Origin: Centroscyllium fabricii | Taxonomy: Eukaryota | DNA length: 64,000 nt | Reading direction: 5' to 3' | Assembly (NCBI GenBank): GCA_051313645.2 | Contig: JBNRSN020000023.1 | Coordinates: forward strand, 44,578,001-44,642,000 | Part shown: piece by piece, positions 48,736 through 60,383 of the stretch | How the letters are laid out: every line of letters starts with the position of its first letter | How positions within the stretch are numbered: position 1 is the stretch's first letter | Program-made: the position numbers and the translations under genes | The notes under the pieces: generated by a model | Databases searched by the model: none | Seen by the model: the letters and a program-made list of their open reading frames with translations, nothing else | Told to the model about the DNA's origin: nothing

Positions 48736-49356
48736 GGGGTAAAAACTCAGTTGTTTGCGCCTCCCGTTAGCACGTTAAGAGGCGCAAAGCAATGAGCACC
48801 CTGGACGCGGCGATGTTTGTGCCGCTCGCGAAATTAACTAGACATTTTGTGGCGACGCTAAACACTACCGCCACGATCTCCTGCGTCGGCAGATGGTAGC
48901 GTCCCAGACTGGATACTGAGCGGTGTCCCCTGCCTTACCGCCTGCCACTAACAATGACAGGTTGAGGGGAGCGTTCTGCAGTCAGAAAGGGACTGGGGGA
49001 GCGCTATTTAAAGGTGACCGCTTCCTGACATTTTTTGTTGGTGACATTTTTGCACCACGCATTCTGAGAGAGAGAGACTTCTGGAGAGATTCAACGCTGT
49101 GTGAAGGAGTTTTGGGTACTGAGCAGGTTCATTTTGATTTGCCCTTCCTTGCTTTGCCAGCGCTCTGAGGTAGCGCCTCGCTCCTCGGCCTATGCACCTT
49201 AAGACAGGTGTGAAATGCCTGATTTAGCACTCCAATCACCTCCAGGGGCGATAAAAGCTGAGTTTGCAATCGGAGGCGATAATCAGCGCCAGACGCTAAA
49301 CTTTGCGCGCGGCCGAGAATGGCGCCCCAAACGGGGCGATACTAAATTTTTCCCCC
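48736..49356. mobile_element. Harbinger-type MITE
   Basis: TIR ggggtaaaaa / tttttccccc with canonical TAA TSD. Confidence 0.78.
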
Positions 49357-49630
49357 TAATAGTTTTAGTTAGCGCAGTAGAAAGTTACAGTACCTTTCTG
49401 GTGCTGCGTGAAGAATAAATCCCTCTGAACTGAGCAGCAGAGAATGTAATGCATATTTTGAAAGAACAAGTATTGTGGGTGAATTTTACTTTTAAAAAAA
49501 TTTTGATTTGTTTTCAAAATTATCAATATAAGAACTTCATCTCCATTTGCCTTGAATTAAATGTGGCTGAATTTGAAACTAGGACTGACTCGAGGTGCAC
49601 CCTCAATATGAGTAGAAAACAGCTTAGACA

Positions 49631-50080
49631 TAAAGACTTGCATTTCTATAGCGCCTTTCACGGCTACCGGACGTCTCAAAGCGCTTTACAGACAATGAAG
49701 TACTTTTTGAAGTGTAGTCACTGTTGTAATGTGGGAAACGTAGCAATCAATTTGCGCATAGCAAGCTCCCACAAACAGCAATGTGATAAATGACCAGATC
49801 ACCTGTTTTTTGTTACATTGGTTGAGGGATAAATATTGGCCAGGACACCGGGGAGAACTCCCCCTGCTCTTCTTCGAAATAGTGGCCGCGGGATCTTTTA
49901 TTTCCACCTGAGAGGGCAGACGGGGCCTCGGTTTAACGTCTCATCTGAAAGACGGCCCCTCCGACAGTGCAGCAATCCCTCAGCACTGCACTGGAGTGTC
50001 AGCCTGGATATTTGTGCTCAAACCTCTGGCGTGGGGTTTGAACCCACAACCTTCATACTCAGAGGCGAGCCACCGCTGAC
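49631..50080 (-). mobile_element. SacSINE1-like SINE
   Basis: Reverse complement of 26713-27175. Confidence 0.82.
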
Positions 50081-52771
50081 CCTGGGGTTAATTTCTTGGA
50101 ACCAAATAGCAGGCTTGATTTTTTTTTTACATGTTCAATTCCAACATGTTGCAGGACAGCAGAAGCAAGAGTTTTGTTAGCAGAACTGCAATGATCCAAT
50201 GACAGTTCTCAAAAAAACCTGAAAGGATGTATTTTGGTGAAACCAGCAGTTCAGTCGTCAGTGGTGGCGAATCAAGGCTGCATTTTGCCAACAATTCATT
50301 AAAGCCTACCTGCCTTGGGGAAACGCAATCCCTGGTCATAAGCCTACAGGACAGAATTGTCCCAAATTTGTCACTGGAAGGATGATCAGAGGGGCCACAC
50401 AATGGCTGGTATGGGAACTGGAAATTTGAGCATGGGACAGTGCTTGGGTTGGGGCAATGGCACCTTGTTTGAAGAAGCTTTAATCTGCATCTAACTCTGC
50501 TAATCCTAATGGCCTTCGTCGGATGCTGGCACTGGTCGTCTGAATTGAAAAGTGTTTCATTCCCAGCATCCCACACCTTAATGAGCTCAAACAAAATCCC
50601 AAAAGTTACAACCAAAAAAGAAATTATAATCCCACTTTTGGCTGTGTGTATAAATGTTTGTGTGGCCAAGCGTGGAGTGCCAGGGTGGAAGTCGGTTGAC
50701 AGTGGGAGCAGCTTTCTTGTCACATTGACAGCAGCCACGAGCTCCCCGCCGCCCCCCCCCCCCCCCGCCACTAACGGGAGAGAAGAGGAGAGTGAGAGAA
50801 AGCACACAAATGAGACAACCCAGGCCATTTTCATGTTGCTTTTTTTCATTCGTTGATGGGATGTGGGCATCGCTGGCTGGCTAGGCCTGCATTTAGTGCC
50901 CATCCCTAATTGCCCTTGAGAAGATGGTGGTGAGCCGCCTTCTTGAACCGCTGCCGTCCATATGGTGTAGGTACACCCTAGGAGTGGACTGGTATCCTTC
51001 CCCTCCATTGGAGGATTCCAAACTAAGGAGAGATCATTTCAGCTGAGGGTGTGAACATTGGAAAGTGTTTTTACCTGTTCACTGCTAACAAACGGCCTCA
51101 AAAGCCGGGGGAAGTGGTCTACACCACATACCGGCATGTAAACAGTAAGCGGGTAGTAAGAGGCGGGTTGGGGCCTATTAGAGACAAGGAAGGTGATAGA
51201 TGCTTAGAGGCACAGGGCAAGGCTCGAACACTCAATGAGCACTTTGTATTGGTGTTTACTAAGGAGGTGGATGCTGACAAAATATCGGTAGAAGTGGAAA
51301 AGGTAGAAGCAATGGAAGGGGTGAATATTGATAGACTGCATGTACTAGAAAGGCTGGGTATGCTGAGAGTGGACAAGTCACCTGGTCCAGATGGTTTGCA
51401 ACTCAGGTTGCTAAGGGAATTGGGGGAGGAGATGGCGGAAGGGCTTGCCATAATTTTCCAATCTTTCTCAGATGCAGGGGAGGTGCCTGAGGATTGGAAA
51501 GTGGCAAATGTGACACCATTGTTCAAGAAAGGGTGTAAGGACAATGCTAGCAACTCGAGGCCGGTCAGTTTAACATCAGAAGTGGGTAAAGATTTAGAAA
51601 CAATAATCAAGGAAAAAATTAACAGGCACTTGGAGAGATTTAAGCTGATTAAGGAGAACCAACATGGATTTGTAAAAGGCAGATCATGTTTGATTAATCT
51701 AATTTAATTTTTTAATGAAGTAACAGAAAGGATTGATGAAACATAGAAACATAGAAGATAGGAGCAGGAGTAGGCCATTCGACACCTCGAGCCTGCTCTG
51801 CCATTCAATGAGATCATGGCTGATCATCCAAATTCAGTACCCTGTCCCTGCCTTCTCCCCATATCCCTTGATCCCTTTAGCTTTAAGAAATATATCCAAC
51901 TCCTTCTTGAATATATTTAATGAACTGGCTTCCACCGCCCTCTGTGGTAGAGAATTCCACAGGTTCACCACTCTGGGTGAAGAAATTCCTCCTTATCTCA
52001 GTCCTAAATGGCTTACCCCTTATTGTTAGACTGTGACCCCTGGTTCTGGACTGCCCCACCAACAGGAACATCCTTCCTGCATCTAGTCTGTCCAGTCCTG
52101 TTAGAATTTTATAAATTTCAATGAGATCCCCTCTCATTCTTCTAAGCTCCAGCGAGTATAAGCCCAATCGATCCAATCTCTCTTCATACATCATTCCTGC
52201 CATCCCGGGTATCAGCCTGGTGAATCTTCGCTGCACTCCTTCCATGGCAAGAACATCCTTCCTTAGATAAGGCGAACAAAACTGCACACAATACTCAACG
52301 TGTGGTCTCACCAAGGCCCTGTACAACTGCAGTAAGACATCCTTGTTCCTGTACTCAAACCCTCTCGCTACGAAGGCCAACATACCATTTGCCTTCTTCA
52401 CCGCCTGCTGCACCTGCATGCTTACCTTCAGCGACTGGTGCACAAGGGCTCATTGCACTTCCCCTTTTCCCAATCTTTTGCCGTTCAGATAATAATCTGC
52501 CTTCTTGTTTTTGCCACCAAAGTGGATAAACTCACATTTATCCACATTATACTGCATCTGCCATGCATCTCCCAATCACCCAACCTGTCCAAATCATACT
52601 GGAGTTTATCGGTATCCTCCTCACAGCACACACGCCCATCCAGCTTTGTGTCGTCTGCAAACTTGGAGATATTAGAATCATAGAATCATAGAAGATAGGA
52701 GCAGGAGTAGGCCATTCAGCCCTTCGAGCCTGCTCCGCCATTCAATGAGATCATGGCTGATCTTTAGCAAG

Positions 52772-54937
52772 CTAGTACCCCGTCCCCGCCTTTTCTCCAT
52801 AACCTTTAATCCCTTTAGCTTGAAGAAATATATCCAATTCCCTCTTGAATATGTTTAATGAACTGGCCTCCACCGCCCTCTGTGGCAGGGAATTCCACAG
52901 GCCCACCACTCTCTGAGTGAAGAAATTCTTCCTCATGTCTGTCCTAAATGGTTTACCCCTTATCCTTAGACTGTGGCCCCTGGTTCTGGACTCCCCCGCC
53001 ATTGGAAACATTCTCTCTGAATCTAACCTGTCCAGACCTTTCAGAATTTTATACGTCTCAATGAGATCGCCTCTCAATCTTCTAAACTCCAACGAGTACA
53101 AGCCCAGACTACACAATCTCTCCTCGTAGGTCATTCCTGCCATTCCAGGAATCAGCCTGGTGAAACGCCGCTGCACTCCTTCCATGGAAAGAACATCCTT
53201 CCTCAGGCGAGGCGACCAGAACTGTACACAGTACTCAAGGTGTGGTCTCACCAGTGCCTTGTACAGCTGCAGTAAGGTATCCTTATTCCGATACTCGAAC
53301 CCTCTTGATATGAAGGCCAACATACCATTTGCCTTCCTAACCGCCTGCTGCACCTGCGTGCTCGCCTTCAGCGACTGGTGCACAAGAACACCCAGGTCTC
53401 TCTGCACCTCCCCATCTCCCAATCTATTGCCATTTAAGTAGTAATCTGCCCTCCTGTTTTTGCCCCCAAAGTGGATAACCTCACATTTATCCACATTATA
53501 GTGCATCTGCCATCTATCTGCCCAGTCCCCCAACTTATCCAAATCGCCCTGTAACTTCCTGACACCCTCTTCAGAGCCTGCCCCCCCTCCTAGTTTGGTG
53601 TCGTCCGTGAATTTGGAGATATTACATTCAATTCCCTGATCCAGATCATTAATATATATTGTAAACAGCTGAGGTCCCAGGACAGACCCCTGCGGTACTC
53701 CACTAGTCACCGGCTGCCACCCAGAAAACGAGCCGTTAATTCCAACTCTCTGTTTTCTGTCTGCCAACCAGTTCTCTATCCACATCAAAACTTTGCCCCC
53801 AATCCCATGAGCCTTAATTTTACATGCTAATCTTTTATGTGGAACCTTATCAAAAGCTTTCTGGAAGTCAAGGTACACCACATCTACTGGCTCTCCCCCA
53901 TCTATTATCCGAGTTACTTCCTCAAAGAATTCCAATAGATTAGTTAAACATGATTTACCTTTTGTAAACCCATGTTGACTCTGTCCGATCTCATCCCTAC
54001 TTGTCAAATGCTCCGAGATTACATCCTTGATGATGGACTCGAGCATTTTGCCCACTACTGATGTAAGGCTTACTGGTCTATAATTCCCTGCTTTCTCTCT
54101 GCCCCCCTTTTTAAATAGTGGGGTAACATTAGCCACCCTCCAATCCGTGGGTACTGATCCAGAGTCTATTGAGTTCTGGAAAATGATCCTTAATGCACCC
54201 TCTATTTCCGGGGCTACCTCTTTAAGTACCCTAGGATGTAGATTATCAGGCCCTGGGGATTTGTCGGCCTTCAATCCCTTCAACTTCCCCAAAACCATCT
54301 CCCTAGAAATACTGATATCTGTCAGCTCCTCCCTTGCATTGGACCCTATGTTCGCTGCTATCCCTGGGAGGTTGCTTGTGTCCTCCTTTGTGAAGACAGT
54401 ACCAAAATATGAATTTAGTTGGTCTGCCATTTCTTTATTCCCCATTATATATTCCCCTGAATCGGACTGCAAGGGACCGACTTGGGATTTTACCAATCTT
54501 TTCCTCTTGATGTACCTATAAAAGCTTTTGCAGTCAGTTTTTATGTTTGCCGCAAGCTTACATTCATAATCTATCTTCCCCCTCCTGATTAATCCCTTTG
54601 TCTTCCTTTGCTGTATCCTGAACTGCTCCCAATCTTCCGGCCTAGTACTTTTTTTGGCCAATTGATATGCCCATTTTTTGGATTTAATGTTGTCCCTTAT
54701 TTCCCTTGTTATCCACGGTTGAGTCACCTTTCTAGGTTTATTCTTATGCCAAACCGGTATGAACGAGTTCTGTATTTTTTCCATCCTATACTTGAATGCT
54801 TGCCATTGTCTATCCACATTCAATCCCCCCAGGAACACTGCCCAATCTATCTTGCTTAATTCCCTTCTCATACCTTCATAATTCCCTTTATTTAAATTCA
54901 GGACCTTAGTCTCTGAGTTGATCTTTTCACTTTCCAA
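52772..54937 (-). CDS. CR1 ORF2 C-terminal part (reverse transcriptase)
   Basis: 721 aa open: [34 protein letters not shown] (FADD in sister copies). Confidence 0.9.
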   Translation of the reverse strand: MESEKINSETKVLNLNKGNYEGMRRELSKIDWAVFLGGLNVDRQWQAFKYRMEKIQNSFIPVWHKNKPRKVTQPWITREIRDNIKSKKWAYQLAKKSTRPEDWEQFRIQQRKTKGLIRRGKIDYECKLAANIKTDCKSFYRYIKRKRLVKSQVGPLQSDSGEYIMGNKEMADQLNSYFGTVFTKEDTSNLPGIAANIGSNAREELTDISISREMVLGKLKGLKADKSPGPDNLHPRVLKEVAPEIEGALRIIFQNSIDSGSVPTDWRVANVTPLFKKGGREKAGNYRPVSLTSVVGKMLESIIKDVISEHLTSRDEIGQSQHGFTKGKSCLTNLLEFFEEVTRIIDGGEPVDVVYLDFQKAFDKVPHKRLACKIKAHGIGGKVLMWIENWLADRKQRVGINGSFSGWQPVTSGVPQGSVLGPQLFTIYINDLDQGIECNISKFTDDTKLGGGAGSEEGVRKLQGDLDKLGDWADRWQMHYNVDKCEVIHFGGKNRRADYYLNGNRLGDGEVQRDLGVLVHQSLKASTQVQQAVRKANGMLAFISRGFEYRNKDTLLQLYKALVRPHLEYCVQFWSPRLRKDVLSMEGVQRRFTRLIPGMAGMTYEERLCSLGLYSLEFRRLRGDLIETYKILKGLDRLDSERMFPMAGESRTRGHSLRIRGKPFRTDMRKNFFTQRVVGLWNSLPQRAVEASSLNIFKRELDIFLQAKGIKGYGEKAGTGY

Positions 54938-56296
54938 AAAGGATGTAATAGCAGAGCACTTGGCAAATGGGGACAGGATAGGACAGAGTCAACATGGATT
55001 TACAAAAGGTAAATCGTGCTTGACGAATCTATTGGAATTCTTTGAGGAAGTAACTGGTAAAATAGATGGGGGAGAGCCAGTAGATGTGGTGTACCTGGAC
55101 TTCCAAAAAGCCTTCGATAAGGTCCCACATAAAAGATTAGCATGTAAAATCAAGGCTCATGGGATAAGGGGAAAAGTATTGACGTGGATAGAGAACTGGG
55201 TGGCAGATAGAAAACAGAGAGTTGGAATAAACGGCTCGTTTTCTGAATGGCAGGCAGTAACAAGTGGGGTACCTCAGGGATCTGTCCTGGGTCCCCAGCT
55301 GTTCACAATTTATATTAATGACCTGGATCAGGGAATCGGATGCAGCATCTCCAAATTCGCAGACGACACTAAACTAGGAGGGGGGGTAGGCTCAGAAGAA
55401 GAGATCAGGAAGCTCCAGAGCGATTTGGACAAATTGGGGGACTGGGCAGATACATGGCAAATGCACTATAATGTGGATAAGTGTGAAGTTATCCACCTTG
55501 GGGGCAAAAACGGGCGGGCAAATTATTATTTAAATGGCAATAGATTGGGAGATGGGGAAGTACAGAGAGACCTGGGTGTTCTTGTGCACCAGTCATTGAA
55601 GGCGAGCATGCAGGTGCAACAGGCGGTCAGGAAGGCAAATGGTATGCTGGCCTTCATATCAAAAGGGTTGGAATACAGGAACAAGGACACCTTACTACAG
55701 CTGTACAGGGCACTGGTGAGACCACACCTCGAGTACTGTGTGCAGTTTTGGTCGCCTCATCTGAGGAAGGATGTTCTTGCCATGGAAGGAGTGCAGCGGC
55801 GATTCACCAGGCTGATACCAGGAATGGCAGGAATGACCTATGAGGAGAGACTATGTAGTCTGGGGATATACACACTGGAGTTTAGAAGATTGAGAGGGGA
55901 TCTCATAGAAACATATAAAATTCTGACAGGCTTGGACAGACTAGATGCAGAAGGAATGTTTCCGATGGCAGGAGAGTACAGAACTAGGGGACACAGTTTA
56001 AGGATAAGGGCTAAACCATTTAGGACAGAGATGAGGAGGAATTTCTTCACCCAGAGAGTGGTGAACCTGTGGAACTCACTGCCACAGAGGGCAGTGGACG
56101 CCAGCTCATTAAATATATTTAAGAGGGAAGTAGATATATTTCTGCAGGCAAAAGGGGTTAAAGGTTACGGAGAGAAGGCAGGGACGGGATACTGAACTGA
56201 AGGATCAGCCATGATCTCAATGAATGGCGGAGCAGGCTCGAAGGGCCGAATGGCCTACTCCTGCTCCTATCATCTATGTATCTATGTATCTATGTA
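54936..56296 (+). mobile_element. 5'-truncated CR1 inserted antisense into ORF2
   Basis: ORF 54918-56195 is an open RT with FADD; (atctatgt)n tail. Confidence 0.92.
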
Positions 56297-57006
56297 ACTG
56301 AGAATTCGATCATATTATGATCGCTCCGACCCAAGGGGCCTCGTACAACGAGATTGTTAATTAGTCCCTTCTCATTGCACAATACCCAGTCTAAGATGGC
56401 CTGATCCCGAGTTGGTTCCTCGACATATTGGTCCAGATACCCATCCCGTAGACATTCTAGGAATTCCTCCTCCTCAGTATTTTCACTAACTTGGCTAGTC
56501 CAATCAATATGTAGATTAAAGTCGCCCATGACGACAGCTGTGCCCTTATTGCACGCTTCTCTAATTTCCCTTTTTATGCCGTCCCCCACCTCCATATTAC
56601 TATTTGGAGGCCTGTATATAACTCCCACTAATGTTTTCCGCCCTTTACTATTTCTTAGTTCTACCCATATAGATTCCGTATCATCTGAGTTAATATCCTT
56701 CCTTTCAATTGCATTTATCCCCTCTTTCACCAGCAATGCCACCCCACCTCCCTTTCTTTTGTGCCGATCCTTTCTGAATGTTGTATACCCCGGGATGTTG
56801 AGTTTCCAGCCTTGCCCCCCCTGCAGCCATGTTTCCGTAATTCCAATCAACTCATATTTGCTTACCTCTATTTCCACAGCTAGTTCATCCACCTTGTTCC
56901 TAATGCTTCTTGCATTAAGATACAAAGCCTTTAGGCTTGTTTTGATCACACTATTATGAATTTGTTTGGCCCTTTGTGTTTCTCTCCCTTGCTTATTGTT
57001 TCTCAC
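56290..57006 (-). CDS. CR1 ORF2 N-terminal APE endonuclease
   Basis: NARS, ITETW, GGGV, YRPP, GDFN, LD, SDH motifs. Confidence 0.9.
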   Translation of the reverse strand: MRNNKQGRETQRAKQIHNSVIKTSLKALYLNARSIRNKVDELAVEIEVSKYELIGITETWLQGGQGWKLNIPGYTTFRKDRHKRKGGGVALLVKEGINAIERKDINSDDTESIWVELRNSKGRKTLVGVIYRPPNSNMEVGDGIKREIREACNKGTAVVMGDFNLHIDWTSQVSENTEEEEFLECLRDGYLDQYVEEPTRDQAILDWVLCNEKGLINNLVVRGPLGRSDHNMIEFSVT

Positions 57007-57077
57007 CTTCCTACCATTTGTTTCTGGCTTCCTATGACCTCCCTCTTTTCCACTACCTATCCCAACCCCCTGCCAAG

Positions 57078-58028
57078 TTAGTTTAAACCCTCCCCAACCA
57101 TGCTAGCAAATCTCCCCGCCAGGATATTGGTCCCCCTCCGGTTAAGGTGGAGACCGTCGTCCCTATACCAGTCCCACCTTTCCCAGAAACAGGGCCAGTT
57201 ATCCAGGAAACTAAAGCCCTCCCTCCTGCACCAACTCTTGAGCCACGTATTAAGCTGCTCTATCCTTCTATTCCTATACTCACTAAATCGTGGCACAGGG
57301 AGTAATCCAGAGATTACAACCTTTGAGGTCCTGCACTTTAATTTTCTGCCTAGCTCCCTGAATTCTTGTTGCAGGACCTCATCCCTCTTTTTACCTATGT
57401 CGTTGATTCCTATGTGTACAACGACCTCTGGCTGGTTTCCCTCCCTTTTCAGGATGTCCTGCAGCCGTTCCGTGACATCCTTGACCCTGGCACCAGGGAG
57501 GCAACAGACCATCCTGGAGTCACGTCTACGGCCACAGAAACGCCTATCTGCTCCTCTTACGATAGAGTCCCCTACCACTATTGCTCTCTCATGCCTTTTC
57601 CCCCCCAGCTGAACAGCAGAAGCAACCCCAGTGCCCGGAGTTTGGCCACTGCTGCTTTCCCCTGGTAGGTCGTCCCCCCCAACAGTATCCAAAGCGGTAT
57701 ACTTGTTCGTGAGGGGGATGACCACAGAGGTTTCCTGCTCTACCTGCCTGGCCTTACTGTTCTTTCTGATGGTCACCCATTCCCCTTCTGCCTGCACACC
57801 CTTAGCCTGCGGTGTGACCAGCTCACTGTATGAGTAATCCACGCTCCCCTCAGCTTCGCGAATGCTCCCTAACCCATCCACCCTCAGTTCCAGTGCCGCA
57901 ATGCGGTCAGTCAGTAACTGAAGGTGGACGCATTTCCCGCACACATGGTCACCAGGGGCTCCAGTGGTGTCCCTGGCTTCCCACATGTGGCAGGAGGAGC
58001 AAAGCACGGCACCGTGCTGTACTGACAT
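57078..58028 (-). CDS. CR1 ORF1: zinc finger/coiled coil plus SGNH esterase
   Basis: 316 aa: CSSC...CGKC, leucine-zipper-like segment, GDSI, PGA, VHIGIND, DGLH. Confidence 0.88.
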   Translation of the reverse strand: MSVQHGAVLCSSCHMWEARDTTGAPGDHVCGKCVHLQLLTDRIAALELRVDGLGSIREAEGSVDYSYSELVTPQAKGVQAEGEWVTIRKNSKARQVEQETSVVIPLTNKYTALDTVGGDDLPGESSSGQTPGTGVASAVQLGGKRHERAIVVGDSIVRGADRRFCGRRRDSRMVCCLPGARVKDVTERLQDILKREGNQPEVVVHIGINDIGKKRDEVLQQEFRELGRKLKCRTSKVVISGLLPVPRFSEYRNRRIEQLNTWLKSWCRREGFSFLDNWPCFWERWDWYRDDGLHLNRRGTNILAGRFASMVGEGLN

Positions 58029-58523
58029 GACTTACCCCACTAATTACTTTTACAAAAAATTAACACCCCAAAAAAACAAGATATATACTAGGGTGCTAGT
58101 CTATCAGAAGTCCCCGTTATACCACAGAGACCTCAGAAAAATAAATAAATAAAAATAAATAAATCACTTACCCTGCTTGCCTTTATAGCCGCCGCCTCCT
58201 GTTGTCTCCTCCTAGTACCGTCCCGCTGCCTGCTCCTGAAAAGAAAGACCCGCGAAAAACTCCTGCCCTGGTCCTGCTGCTGCCACCGACTGCTACCTCT
58301 GTCCAGGAGCCCCTTCCACTCACGTTCAGTCTCTGAAAATAATCAATAAATCACCTACCTTTTAAAAAAAAATTCTCTCAACCCCTAAAGGTTAGAGGAG
58401 GTGGAAGGGTGGGAGACACTAGTGTAGTGTCTCGGGTTTAGCAACTGCTCCACCTATATACGGGTTCCAATTGATTTGCCCCGCCCCCTGGCTTTGAAAA
58501 AAGCCCGCGCTGCCGCTGTGTGA

Positions 58524-58692
58524 AGCCCGCTGCTCTCGCTCCAAGTCCCGCTCCCGGGTCTGGCCTCTGCCGCCGCCACTGCTCCTTTTGGAGCCCGCTG
58601 CTCTCGCTCCAAATCCCGCTCCCGGGTCTGGCCTCTGCCGCCGCCGCTGCTCCTTTTGGAGCCCGCTGCTCTCGCTCCAAGTCCCGCTCCCG
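58524..58692. repeat. ~68-bp GC-rich tandem monomers in the CR1 5'UTR
   Basis: gcccgctgctctcgctccaa...ccttttgga x2.5; the other long copy has a different ~103-bp duplication at 39368-39540. Confidence 0.8.
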
Positions 58693-59605
58693 GTACTTGG
58701 AGCGGGACTTGGAGCTAGTTCCCTCCTCCAGATCATTAATATATATTGTGAATAGCTGGGGTCCTAGCACTGATCCCTATGGTACCCCACTAGTCACTGC
58801 CTGCCACTCAGAAAAAAAAATGTTTATTCCAACTCTTTGCTTCCTGTCTGCCAACCAGTTCTCTATCCCAGTCAATACCTTACCCCAACATGAAGGGAAT
58901 GCAATGGCTGTTGTTTACATGGATTTTCGGAAGGCGTTTGACAAAGTACCACATAGAAGACTGGTTAACAATATTAAGGCTCATGGAATAGGTGGGTCAG
59001 TGGCAGCTTGGATAAGGAATTGGCTTAAGGACAGAAAACAGCGAGTTGTGGTATAAAAACAGAAAATGCTGGAGAAACTCAGCAGGTTAGGCAGCATCTG
59101 TGAAGAGAGAAACAGAGTTAACGTTTCAGGTCAATGACCTTTCCTCAGAGTTGTGGTAAATGGCTGTTTGTCAGACTGGAGGATGGTAGTCAGTGGTGTG
59201 CCCCAAGGGTCAGTGCTGGGGTCATTGCTTTTTTTGATATCTATAAATTACCTGGATATTGGATACAGAGTAGAATTTCTAAATCTGCCGATGACACCAA
59301 ACTAGGGGGTGTGGTAAACAGTGATGATGATACCAATCGACTGCAACAGGACATAGAAAGGCTGGCAGAATGGGCAGACAAGTGGCAGATGGAATTTAAT
59401 ACAGAGAAGTGTGAGGTGATGTATTTTGGCAGAAGGAACAGGGAGAGGCAATATACACTTAATGGCACAGCTCACAGCTTTAAATAATGTGCAAGGACAG
59501 AGGGATCTGGGAGTTAATGTGCATAGGTCCCTGAAGGTGGCAGGACATATTGAGAGAGTGGTTAACAAAGCATATGGGATCTTGAGCTTCATAAATAGAG
59601 GTAAT

Positions 59606-60383
59606 GGGCCAGAAATTCCTCAGGAGCCTTCGTGCGGGTGCAGTGCTGCTAGTTGCACTTACCCAGCACTTCTGCCATTTTGATTTTTTGCACTGTTACT
59701 TTCCGAGTTGCCCAGCTTGTCAGAGCTCTGTGCGAGCTTCATGGGCAACTCAACGGCGTAATTAGTTCGAGATCTCTTATGAGACCACGTGATTGGCAGG
59801 GAGCCAATCAGTGGAAGCAATCCTCCATTCAAAACTTCCACGGAGAAATCTGTGTAAGTTTTGAAAGGATAGATGTTCCAAAACACATCTAAACTCAAAA
59901 ATAAAATTTTAAAAACACCACATCTTTTTAGCAGTACTCCAACTTACATAAATTACCTACTTTAAAGAAAAAAGAAAAATTTATTAAAAAAAATGTAAAC
60001 ACTTTAACAGGCCTAAAAAAATACCAACCTGTCTTTAAAGTTAACAAAAATTATAAACCTGAAAGAACAACACTTAAAATCAATAAAATAAAGACTTACC
60101 TGATAAAAACGGGTGCTTACGACTGCTTTTTTCAAGCATTGAATCTTCAGTTCTTGGTCCGTTGAAAATCCGTGAAAAAAACCCGGAAAGCTGGTGCGCA
60201 CCACGTGGTGCGCAGGTGCGTGCATTAATGCTCCGAGCAGCTCTCCCCCCCGCCCCCCCCTCCCCGCTGGCCGCCTTCGGAAAGGCAGGGAGCAGCGTTT
60301 CGGCTGCTTCCTGCGTGCTGAAGCTCTGGTGCGCTCGCACCAAAGCTCCTAAACAAATATCCGCAGATCGGAAAGATTGGCCC
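59606..60383. mobile_element. Harbinger-like MITE inside the old CR1
   Basis: TIR gggccagaaattcc / ggaaagattggccc; flanks aat/att; the CR1 frame INRG|IENKSREV rejoins. Confidence 0.7.

Larger units (their letters stand above)
52676..58716 (-). mobile_element. Full-length young CR1 LINE
   Basis: GC-rich 5'UTR with ~68-bp repeats, open ORF1, open APE and RT halves, (gattctat)n tail. Confidence 0.93.
51741..58889 (-). mobile_element. 5'-truncated CR1 (51741-52675 and 58717-58889)
   Basis: ORF 51883-52443; halves rejoin at LEEGT..|ISKFADD. Confidence 0.82.

Noticed and set aside
50127-51008. 293-aa ORF with an apparent signal/TM segment as a single-exon gene
   Set aside because: Starts in a LINE 3' fragment (50843-50990) and crosses a C-run; no recognisable domain.
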